From Paraspadella gotoi (lineage: Eukaryota > Animalia > Chaetognatha): 64,000 bases of DNA. Below the pieces are notes generated by a model. It was not told the origin of the DNA and searched no databases. It worked only from the letters and a program-made list of their open reading frames with translations. The DNA lies in contig CM119268.1 in the NCBI GenBank assembly GCA_051294375.1, positions 11,905,585-11,969,584 on the forward strand, given 5' to 3'. Shown one piece after another: positions 13,336 through 25,500 of the stretch. A program made the position numbers and the translations under genes. The first letter of the stretch is position 1. The number at the start of each line of letters is the position of its first letter.

Positions 13336-16300
13336 GTGAGTCAGTTTCTCATAATTCCTTTTTGATGCTGGAAAGTAAGTCGCAGCTGATTGACGACAAA
13401 TAACGATCAATTATCAATCATTCGTCACAATCAATTACTCTCTCTCTCTCTCTCTCTCTCNNNNNNNNNNNNNNNNNNNNNNNNNTCTCCTCTCGTCTTC
13501 CATCTTTCTCCGCTCTTCTCTCTCCTCTCCTCTCTCTCTCGCTTCTCTCTCTCTCTCTCTTCTTCTCCTCGCGTCTTGCTCTCCTTTCCCGGACGGGCTT
13601 TCGTTTACGGAATGTTGCCAACGGTCGCAAGAACGTTGTGTGCAGAGCCGATCGGGGTGAAATTCTTACCGACATTATCCGACATGAATTCTAATGGCCA
13701 CTGATAAGTGAGCCGGGGATCTAGGCGAGAAATCAGTTTCGTCTCGGTACAGACGCCCGCCTCTCGGAAGGGGACCCACACGCTGGACAAGCAACCTTCA
13801 GCGGAGAGGGCGAGGGGTCAGAAATATTCTGTAGTAATGAAATGGCTAATAAAAATTATAGTTAAAATAAAAGGTTCCCATTATCTAAAGTCCCTCTTCG
13901 TCCCCCACTTTTTGAACAGATACTACTGTGTGCAGAGTCTTGAGTCAGGACGAGGCAGAGCTGTAGGGTAGCACGCTGGTGGGTTTGCATTTTTTTATTA
14001 TTTTTGGAGCTCAAAAAATATGTATACCATGCAACTCCGACTGGAGACGCTAACAATTATATAAATCGCGCTTCACCGGTTAGTGCTAAACTCCGGTTCA
14101 GAGCTATACAAAATAAATTAAATCATCCATCAATCCATCATACCAAATCAAAGAATTCAAGTTCAAATCCATACAATTAATCAATTAATCAAGTTTGCAT
14201 CAAATTTCAAAACAGTGGCCCATATTGATTAAATTCAGATGCAATTCAATAAACAAGGGTTAAGATATAGAAAATTATTGTTTCCTTTTCCTAATTCAAT
14301 CTAATTATGATAATATTTAACGTAACTTTAATTTGATTTATTTTCAGTCCAAAGAATAATCAGATAATATATGAACTAATAGTAGACGATTATTTTATAT
14401 TATTATATTGCGATGGAAATTTATACGTACTTTAAGAATAATATCTATTGTATAGTATTTTATTTATCTTTTCTTTTTCTTTCTCCTCTCATTTATCCTC
14501 TTCTGTAAAAAAGACTTTTTCATTTGTGATTTCAATTATCGCTTTGTGCGCATAAACCCAGGAGCGGGTTTCGACGTCGTGTTCACTGTGAGATCCGTGT
14601 CGTCGTGAGGGTGTTCTGACCAGAGACGAGTCTTGGAGTTAATAATAATACTATGTTGCCCATGATTGGTCATGCGATTCGCAATAAAGAAATTGTGGGC
14701 AATATTGGTGACAAAAAACCAGTAGCGGAAGGCCAACTATATGAGCTTTTAGTAAATATACCAAGCTAACCGGCCTTACAAACCACATTTTCAAATTGGC
14801 ACAATACGAGGCATCAGGACATTAACAAAAAAATTTTCAGTTAATAACGAAAACAGGACCTGAGATAATCAGGGAGAAAGTAGGATTAAATAATTATGTG
14901 AGATACGGTAGATTTTTTACTTATTATATTGGGCTTTTCCGTCGGCGCTGCTAAACGTCGGTCATAAATGGCCGACATGTAGAAACGGAGAAAATCACTG
15001 GAAACTCAACAAAGGGAAACAATTTTTTACTCTTTCTAATAACTTATTACATGTTCTTGTTGATTCTTCTCACCATTCTTAGGGACCCTTATTTTCACCG
15101 GTCCAAAACTTACTGACTTTAAAATAATAATTTCATTGTTTATTTATTTTTATTTATTTGTTTCTTTTGTATATTTATCCACTTAAGATACTTATTATTT
15201 TTAAACATGTTTTTCGCTCATTCACGCGGTCGAAGTGACATTCAAGCGAGAGCTTTTTCTCTTCTTCCATTTTTCTGTCATCTTTTCATTTTCCTGCTCT
15301 TTCATTTTTCTTTTATAATTCGGTCATGCGAAACGTGAAGACTTTTTTTCGATTTTTTTCCTTCTTTTCTTTTTTCTTTCTTTCCTTATTTTCCTTCCTT
15401 TTTTCTTTCCGTTTTTTCTTTTCTTTTTATTTCTTTCTTTTTTTATTTCATTCTTTTTCTTTTTTCCTTTTTTTTTTCCTTCTTTTCTTTTTTTTTTTCG
15501 TTTTTTTTTCTTTTGTCCTTGTTTCTTTCCTTTTTTCTTTTTCTTTTTCTTCTTTCCTTTAATTCCTTATTTCCCTCCTTAACTGTATTTATTTAATTTA
15601 CTATTTCTTTTCTTCTTTCTACTTTTAGTTACGCTTTTCTTTCCTTTCTCTTTCCTTCCCTTTTCTTTTCTTTTCCATTTCTTTTCTTTTCTTTTTCTTT
15701 TCTTGTTTTTTTCCTTTTATTCTTTTCTTTCTTTTCTTCTCTTTCTTTTCTTTTCCTTGTCTATTCTTGTTTTCTTTCCCTTTCATGTCCTTTTTTTTCT
15801 TCCCTTTACTTTCCCTCTCCCTTTTCATTTTCAACTGTCCCTTTTTCGTTTCCCCCCTCCCCCTTTTCTCCCTTTTCCTTTTTTTTTTTTTCCTTTTTTG
15901 TTTTTTTCTTTTTTTTTTTTTTTTTTTCCCTTTTTCTCTCTCCTCTTCTCTCTTCCTCCATTTTCCTATTTTGTTTCACTTTTCCCCACTTTTCTTTTCT
16001 TTATCTTTTAGGTTTGTTTTTTTCTTTCCCCTTTTTTATTTCCACCCTTCTTCTCCCTCCCCTCTTCGACCTTTCTCCTTTGTTTTTCCATTTTATTTTC
16101 ATTTTTTATTTCCTTTTTCCCCTTTTTTTCCTCCGCCCTTTTCTCGAAAACTTTCCCCTTCACTCTCTCATCTCTCAGCCGCCTTTCCCAATTTTTTTTT
16201 TTTTTTTTTTTTCTTTTTCTTTCTTTTATCCCCTTTTCACAGTTTTCAGTTTTCCCCCTCTTTCTTCTTGTTCCTCTTCCTTTTCTCTTTCCGCCTTTCT

Positions 16301-16748
16301 TTCCCTTTTTTCCCTCTCTTTTCTCCTTTTTTTCTCCTTTTTCTCTCCTCCTTTTCCTCGCTTTTGTCCTTTTTAATTCCTTTTCCCTCCTCTCTCCCGC
16401 CAATTCCTCTCCCCGTTTCCCCCTTTTTTTTTTTTTTTTATTTTTTTCCTTTTTAATGTTTCCTTTGCTTCCTTTTTTAACTATCATTTTTTTCATTTTC
16501 TTCTTTTTTTTCCTTCCATTTTTTCTTTTTGCACTTTTTCTCTCACTTTCCCTTTTCTTTATTTTCCTTTTCCCTTTTTTTTCCCATTTTTCCTTCCGAT
16601 CGTCCGTATCTTTGACGTCACAAGAATTCGGCGCCAACCGAGATCCATATCAATCTTTTCTCCGCGGAATGGAAGTCTTTTGTGGCTCTCTCTCTCTCTC
16701 TTCTCTCTCTTGTACTCTCTCTCCTCCCTCGTCTTCTCCTCTCTCTCG

Positions 16749-16791
<43 letters not shown>

Positions 16792-19090
16792 AAACGGGCA
16801 TCCAGATTCCATAATTCACTGGGGGCGGCAGAGATTGATTCCCTGCTATAATCGCGCTTCGCTCGGTTCTTTCTTCCTTTTCATAGATCGACTGGAAATT
16901 TAGGTCCGATGTTCTTTTCGTTTATTCATATTGGTGATTTTGATTTTAAACATCGCTCACGAGATGTCGGGATGATAGTTTGATCAGTCGTCTTTATTAA
17001 TTAAGTTTTTTCATAAAAGTGTGTTTTTTTCTCTCGATCGCTAACTCTCATATATTGATAAATCAATTAAAAATCGATTGCTCGTAATAAACCTCAATAA
17101 CAAAATCTCTAAAAAAATCATATCTTCTCATCTTTTGTTTTTAAATATTGTATCTCTAGAGAATTGAAACCAATAGTTTTTGTTTGCAACGAATTATTAT
17201 AGTTGAAACAGACAATGTTTCGGACTGTTTTAGACAAGTCTTCATCACGTTTTTCCTCTTACTTTTTTCATTTTTATTTTTTGTTCATAACGATAATCTT
17301 ATCTTTCCTTTTCTTCCTTTTCTTTTTCTTTTCTTTTTTCTTTAACATTTTATTTTTCTTTAAATATTTTCTTTTCTTTAATTTTCTTTTTCCTTTAATT
17401 TTATTTTATTTTTCCTTTTTATTTTTTTCTTTTTTATTTCTTTTTTTTAATTTTCTTTTTCTCTCTTTCTTTTTCTTTTTCTTTTCTTTTTCTTTTTTTC
17501 TTTTCTTTTTCTTTTCTTTTTCTTTTTTTTTTTTTTTTTTTTCTTTTTCTTTTCTTTTTCTTTGTTTCTTTTCTTTTTTTTTACTTTTCTTTTTCTTCTT
17601 CTTTTTTTTTTTTTTTTTTCTTTTCTCTTTTTTGTTACTTTTTTTTTTTCCCCTTTTTTTTTTTTTCTTTTTCCTTTCTTTTTTTTTTTTTTTTTTCTTT
17701 TTTCTTTCGTTTTATTTTCTTTTCTTTTAGTTTTTCTTCCTCTTCTCTTTTTAATTTCTCCCAGCGATTAAATATAAGCGTCCATTTCCTCTTTTTTCTT
17801 CCATTCATATATTTTTTTCTTAACTCTTCCTTTCCTCTCAGTTTATTATCTACTTCTTTTTAACGACCCCGATTTCATGCCCCTTTCGCCTACACACCCT
17901 TTCCTCTCTTATTCCCTTCCTCCTACCGATTTTCTTCTCTCGTGAGAATTGAATTTTGTTTTCAAACTGCTTTTGACCTAAATTAACCCGAGGACGACGA
18001 CGGACACAACGACGGCCGACAAACGACGACGACGGGAACGACGACGACGACGAATAACATTTTGGCAAAAAGCCTTTTTTTCTGGTCTCTCCTTTGATAA
18101 TTTTTCGTGAGAAGGTTCAACTGGTCAATCCTTCTTTTTTCCTTCATTTCATTTCTGAAATCAATCCATCATTTCCATCCCTACATCTAATTTCTTTGTT
18201 AAATCAGCGTTATCTTTGACACTTTTCCTTTTTCTTTGTCCTTTTTTCTTGGTCTCCTTTTTCTTGTCCCTTTTCCTTGTGGCTTTTCTTTGGTCTCTTC
18301 TGCGCGAGGGGTATGCCCATGGGTCGGTGCCCTGCATTCCATGCTGGGTCTGTCATGGGGGGATAATTTCTTCGCTTCTTTCTTCTTCTTTTTATTTCTT
18401 TCTTTCTTTCCTCGATTTTTCTTTTTCTGGTTTTTTTTTTTTTTTGCTTTCACCCACACACCCATGATTTCGTTGTCGTTGTCAAATTGTTGTCGTCGGG
18501 TCGTCATTGTGTCGTTGGTCGTTTGTCGTCGTTGTCAATTGTTGTCGTTCGTCGTCCCTCGTCGTCATCCTCGTTGGGACTCTTTTTCTCCCTTCTCTTC
18601 CTTGTCAGCATCCCGGTTTGCTGCCCGCCTCTCGAGGACCCACGCCAACTTCCGGCAAGATCACGCCGATTTCGATGGGTGCTACGCCCACCTCTGGCCT
18701 CGTGTCTGACGCGGCGGCGGCGTCGTTGGGTGACGTCGCCGAAGACGACGACGATGACGATGACGTCAATGACTCCGCGGGAAAGAGAAATCGGGTGAGT
18801 GACGATCGATCGCGAGAATGTTGTGGATTTTCTTGTGTCTTTTGTGTCTGTCTCTGTCTTTCTCCTTTTGTGTCTCTGTCTCTGTCTTTCTCCTTTTTTC
18901 CCATTAATCGATCGCGGGTCAGGTCGTTGACGCGGTTTTTCTCCCACGCTTTCTCAATAGTCGGTTCTCTCTCTCTCTCTCCTCTCTTGCCGACTCTCTT
19001 CTCCGTGCTCGTCTCGATGCATCTCTCTCATCTCTCATCTGTTCCTCTCTCTTCTCGTCTCTTCTTTCTTCTTTAGATTCTTTATACTTA

Positions 19091-19121
<31 letters not shown>

Positions 19122-19122
19122 T

Positions 19123-19166
<44 letters not shown>

Positions 19167-19257
19167 TTCTTTTTTTTCTTTCTTTTTCTACATTGCGGTC
19201 AATGTGCGTAATTTATAGAGTAGATTTTAAAGCCTAAAGCGCAAAAGCGATAACAAT

Positions 19258-19300
<43 letters not shown>

Positions 19301-19539
19301 CTCTCTCCTCCTCTCTCTCTCTCTTCTCTCTCTCTCTCTCCTCTCTCTCTCTCCCTCTCCTTGTCACTCGAATTTTCCTTTCGCGTTACGGTCGCTTATC
19401 CAATGGAAGGTGATTCAAGACTTACCCTTTCGCGAAACCTACTAGGTGGCAAGGGACAGAGCTTGAAAACCGCTTTGGTTTCTTTGTATTTTCGCTCTCG
19501 ATCTTTTGCCACCTTGAATGCCAGAGAGAGAGAGAGGAC

Positions 19540-19583
<44 letters not shown>

Positions 19584-22500
19584 AGAGAGAGAAGAGAGAG
19601 AGGAGACGGAGAGAGAGAGAGAGAGAGAAGAGAGAGAGAGGTGCGCAATCCTCGGTTCGTCACGAGGTCCCCGAATCAACACGAGAACCGGTTTTTTGCG
19701 TCCATAGTTCGGAAATCAAAGAAGCGGAAATGGAATGGGAAATGGAAATGGAAATGGAAATGGAAATGGAAAATGGAAATTGGAAATTGAAATTGAAATG
19801 GATAATGGAAATGGAATTGAAATTGAAAATAGGAAATGGAAATGGAAATGGAATGGAAATTGAATTGAAATTGAATGGAAATGGAAATGGAAATGGAAAT
19901 GGAAATGGAAAATGGAAATGGAAATGGAATATTTGAAATGGATAATGGAAAATGGAAAATGCCGAGACAGAATTTTGCGAACTTTGGTCACAAAGAAAAA
20001 TTAGTATTTATTTGTTTTTTTAAAAATTAACATTGCTTTAATATCGACTCTTAAACCTACGAACTGAGAAATAACGATCAATAAATCCTTGTCACGGCCG
20101 CTTTGTGCCGTTTTCATCAAAACATTCGGACACGCAAATCAATAATAATAAGTTCTCTTCTCTGCTTCTTGTTTTTTTTCTTTCTTTCTTTAATATTTTT
20201 TTTCACCATCCACGGGTTAAGCCTGGGATAAAGGACGAATTTTATTTGTTGTCGATTCTCATCGTCTTTCTCCTCCTCCTCTTCCTCCTCCTCCTCCCTC
20301 CGGCCTCTTTAATTCTCATCATTTCCTTTGTTTTATCAGAAGTCGGGTTTCGAGTCTTCGGAGTTCTCATGCGTCGTTCGTTCCCGTCGTCGTCGCGTCG
20401 TTCGGTTCGTCGTCCGCTGGTTTCTTCTTCGTTGACATCCTCGGACGCAACACGAAGCCTTTTGGCTTTTGTCTCCTCTTTTTTTTACCGGCGTTAACCA
20501 CCTAAACTCTCTCTCTCTCAGGTCTCTCGAGCCTTCCTGGCTCTCTCATTCTCTCCACCACGATATACTCCTCTCCTCATCTTCTCCTTCTCGAGCCGTC
20601 TCTCATCTCTCTCCTGCCGTCTTCTCTTCTCTCGTCCTCGCATCACTCCTGCTCTCGTCTCTCGTCGTCTCTCTCTACGTCTAGTCTTTTCGCGCGTTGG
20701 CCACCCGTCCGCCACCACAAGCTGTTTCAGTATTTTGGTTTTCCTTTTTTCCCTCTCTCGATCTCCGTCATCATCTCACCTCGCTGGTCATTTCTCTTCT
20801 CCTCTCCGGGCTCTCAGGATCCCGGTTCATCCTATGTATCCCGGACGCTCTCGTCTCCTCATCTCATCTCTCTCGTCCTCATCTCTCCTCTCTTCCGAAG
20901 TACTCTCTCGTTTCCACTCACAGTCTCGGTCTCTCTCTTCTCTCTTCGTCCGTCTTCTCTCTCTCCACTTCTCGCAAGTCCAACGCTCTCCGTTGCCCAA
21001 AAAATCGAAAGCATCTCCAACGACAAACTTCAGTTTTTGATTTTCTTCGCGATTTCGATCCGTTGATCTCCGAATCCGCGGAAAAGGAGACGCTGCCGCA
21101 GCATCAGGATACCCAAGATTTACTACAACTCTCGCCCGACGAACTGGCGCATAATACGAACGATTCGTGGCAGCATCGGAATCCTGAAGAAGTCCTTCAG
21201 CCACGAAAAACTTGCGCTTCTCCGCAAGCGAGTGATAAAGAATCGACTGATACTAATCAAGATTCGAATAATACGACGCATTCCATCAATTCTAAAGACG
21301 CCTCGTCTAAGATGCAATCTCCGGAGTTATGGGGGGCGGGTCCCTCTATGCAATCTACTCCACTGGTAAAATAAATATATGGCTTGATTTTTTTTGTTAA
21401 TTAAAATCTTAAAATCTTAAAGTGTTCGAAATTAAAATAAAACAATCGTAACCTAGTGGTATTGATTCTAATAATAATATTTCCGCGTGTTCCATCAACT
21501 CGCAAAATCTCTCAATCACGTTTAAAATCCTTCTAATAACAACTTAAAACATTTATTAAAAAAATGATGAGTCTTTGTGTTTTAGCAACAATAATATAAT
21601 TTAATTTATATACATATACTATATAGAACCGAAACGTCCGAATTATAAATAAAATTTAGTTATCGTTGCTGGATCACAAAGACTCGATTTTTCTAAATTT
21701 CAAACGCGACGAAAAGAAAGAAAACATTATAATTAAAACATAATGATTAAAAGATTGAAATCATTTTCTTTTTAATAGAACCCGAAGAGAAGAAGCTCTT
21801 TCTGGACCAGCACCGTCGCCACCTCGATCCTCGACGAAGACATCGACGCCTTCGACGACGAAGATGTCGCCAGGGACGTCAGACTTCCGCCTCTCGCTCC
21901 GTCCTCTCCGAAAAAGTGAGCGATTGTCAAAGAAAATCGTGATACTGACTCGGCATGATATTGTTTTGACTTTAAATTTTCTTCAAAAAAATGTTCTCAA
22001 AATGTAATGAAATCAAATTATTTATTATCATCGTGTCGAAAATTATTATCTCAAATGAGATTGTTCGCGAGTTCATGGTAATATTGATATTAACGAAACA
22101 TCGAGGTAGGATACAGTGCAATTTCATTATTTAGTTCTCTTTTTGGCCTTTAGAAATGGACCAGCAAAATTGTCTGAAAGCCAGGTATATAAAATAAAAC
22201 TGCACTGTATCTCGCCTTGATGTTTCAATAATCATATGAGCGATTTTTAGTTTTTAAATATTCAGGCTGTGTGCTGTGTTTGTTTGTTTTTTTTCTGTTT
22301 CCTTGTGGCTTTTCCTCTCCTTTTTCGAATCTCTACATCTTTTCATTTTTCGATTCAAGATCTCGCCCGACCGTCGACGCTCCATCGCGCCCGCCGGGAT
22401 CGCCTGATTTCTACGAAGGCGTCGGCGAGGACGTGGACGCGTCACCCCGTCACGGGTCAACCTTCGACGTCGACGACCAAACAAAAAGTCCGGAGGAACT

Positions 22501-25500
22501 TCACCTCAAATCGATTTGGGACGAACTCGATGTCGGCAAAAACGGGTTTCTCACTCTGCACGAACTCGCGAAGGTGAAGAATATTTAAAAAACTAATTGC
22601 TAAATTGATAAATTCGAGAAACAATGCACTGTAAAATAATTAGTGATTTCTTAATGCAATCAATGAATCAATTATTCAATAAATCATTTAATAAATCAAT
22701 CAAGCAATCAAATAAATCAATCGTCAACTTTGAACTTTTAAAAAATAACGAAATTAAAACAAATCACCTTTTTTCCAAAAGGTCTGCGACCACATCGGCA
22801 TGTCCAACATGTCTCCATCGGAAGTTAAAGATCTCTTTGTCAAACTCGACGCCGACGGCGACGGCGCCGTCAGCTTCGAGGAATTCCTCGTCGGCCTCTT
22901 CGCTCACGGTGGCGCTCTTCCGGCGGCGGAACTCCGGTGAATTTGGGGGAGGGTCCAAAACCGATACTGTGTTCGAGCAGTTCATAAAATATTAAATCAC
23001 TACATTGGTAGTGAAGCCCAGTACTCTGGGCTTCCCTACCAATGAAGGGAAGCCCAGAGGAACTCACCCACCTCAGCCTGTCTTGAGTCTGAGCTGAGGC
23101 AAGAATTTTTATATCAATTGAACCTTTTTCTTTGACGCTAATTTGAAACGTCACACTTAACCTGGTTTTTTCAGTGAGCCGGACTCGGCGCCGGCCGCCC
23201 TCTCGTCTCCCGTCAAAAGAGCCGTCGCTATGAAACCGGAAACGAGGAGACGCGAAGAGGGCGTGACGCTCTTTTCTGCGCTGGATCGAGGAGGAGGAGG
23301 AGGAGGAGGAGGAGGAGGAGAGTCAGTGGTCGAGGCGGAACGAGTGGTGGCGTTTTGGGAGTCGATAGGAATTCGGGTGAGTTTTGAAAATTTGAGAAAA
23401 TGAAACCGTCTCTTCCAGGTTGGAGATTTGTAACTCAACTTTATATTTTATCTATACTATTAGTTTTCGATTGTCAAATGTAAATGTATGTGTGTAAATA
23501 AAAACTTAATCTTTAACCTTTGACCCTTGTCTCTTTAGGACGGCGAGGAAATTCTCGCCTCTCTCGGCGTGAATCCCTCTCACCGAGTGAGTCTTCCCCA
23601 CCTCTCATCCGCGATTCTCAATCTTCTCTTCGACGTGGACGACGATGCGTTCCAGGCGGCGGGGGCCACACTTCTCAACGAGGTCGTCGTCGGGAGGGAC
23701 AATCTGGAACAGGTGAGGGAGGAATATCGTCATGGAGTTAATGTCTTCATTTAAATAAATATTGTAAAAATTGTAAAAATTGTATGATTAAGAATAAGAT
23801 TCTTCCCAATATACAAAAGTTATTTTTAAGTATAAGAATAAATTTTTTAAAAAATGTTATCATTTTACTTTCTTATTATTTTCTTATTTTAGATTCAATC
23901 ATACTGAATTAGAAGAAATTTCTTACAATTTTATCAAGAATACGTTTTGGACGTTTCTTTAATCTTATAACTTTTCATAACATTTTTGAATTTTCATTCA
24001 TTTATATATTTCTGTTAATGACTGTTAATTGAATACTAAAATGATAAGTAACTGTTTGTAAACACATACACATAAAATCCTTCAAATTTAGTAGACACAC
24101 TCTCATTTAATATTTTTTTTCTGTACAAATACAGTTATTTATTTTTTGGGTTTCCTCGCTTTTTGCCACTGAGACCTTGATCCTTAATGCCCCTCAATCT
24201 CTCCGTCAATCAGGCCGTCCTCGACCGGGCACACCTCGAATCCGCCCTCGAAGACGCCAACGAACGAAGTCAGCTCCTGCTGGAGGAGAACGAGGAGCGG
24301 AACCAATCGCTGGAGCAACAGCAGGAGCTGGAGAAGGAGGAGTTGAAGAGAGAGTGGAGGGAGAGATTAAGGACGAGAGAGAGGGAGATGGAAGAAGAGA
24401 AACAGAAGGTGAGATTGGAGGGAGAAGGCGGAAGGTAGTGGAGAAAAGGGAGGAGGGGAAGGAAAGGAAGAAAGAGGAAAGAGAGGAGGATTGGGTGGAG
24501 GGAGGAATTGAGAATGAAGGGGGAGGAAGAGAGGAAGTCGGAGAGGATAAGGAGGAATAAAAAGGAATGAATAGAGAAGAGTGAGAAAAAAATAGACAGG
24601 GGGAAGGAGAATTGCTATCTTTGGGAACTGGAGAGTGATAATTAGTCGCGATTGCTCTGTTCGATCGCTAAACATTAATTGAGATCATGAAATCAATTAC
24701 AAAGAAACCAAGAGTTTTGATTCGTGTACTACAACGTGGGTGAAATCTAAACTCATTTTTGTATTCGATCAAGCCGAACCTCACTTTCCCCATCCGCCCC
24801 CCTCCGCCCCCCCCTCCTTCGATCACAGACCCTCCTCGAAACGGAGTCCCGCCTCCGAGACCTCGAGACGGAAATCGGTTCTCTGCGGGAATCGAACTCG
24901 AGACTCTGCGGCGAAGCGAAGGAGAACGAGACGATCGTGGAGAGACTCAAGGGCGACGCCGTCGACGCCGAGAGAGAGGCGGAGGAGGCGAGGAAGGCTG
25001 CGGAGGAGTGGAGGAGGAGGTTGAGGTGTGCCGAGGAGGAAGTGGAGAAGGTGGGTCCAAGTTGCTGGTCGTTCAGGGAATGNNNNNNNNNNGTCAAAGA
25101 CTCAAAATAAATAAGACCTTGTCGTCGTCGTCGTCGTTCTCATCGTCGTCTTTTCTCGTCCTTGGAACGAGACGTTTTGTTTCTTCGTTTTTTTCCAGAA
25201 TTCTATTGTTTTTTGGTTGTTGTTTCGTTTTCCATGGATTCGGGAAAAAGTTGCATAACCGGCTGATTCGCTCGCCTCTGCGCCGGAATCTCGGAGGGCA
25301 AAACTTTTTTTTTGTGTTTTAGCGAAAAAGGGGAAAAAAAATATTTTGGAATTGTTTGAGTTTGGTGGCCTTTCGTGTTTATTCGCAAAAATACTCAAAT
25401 TACTTGACATTTACTCTTGAAGTAATTAAGAGTGTTCTGTCGAGAACGAATAAAAAAAAAACAAACACAAAAAAAACCCAACCGAGTCCATATTTTTTGG

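Noticed and set aside
15326-17771. Long Phe/Leu/Ser-rich and Lys/Arg/Glu-rich ORFs
   Set aside because: Translations of polypyrimidine/polypurine tracts that lack stops by composition. The same applies to the (SL)n and (RE)n ORFs throughout the window.
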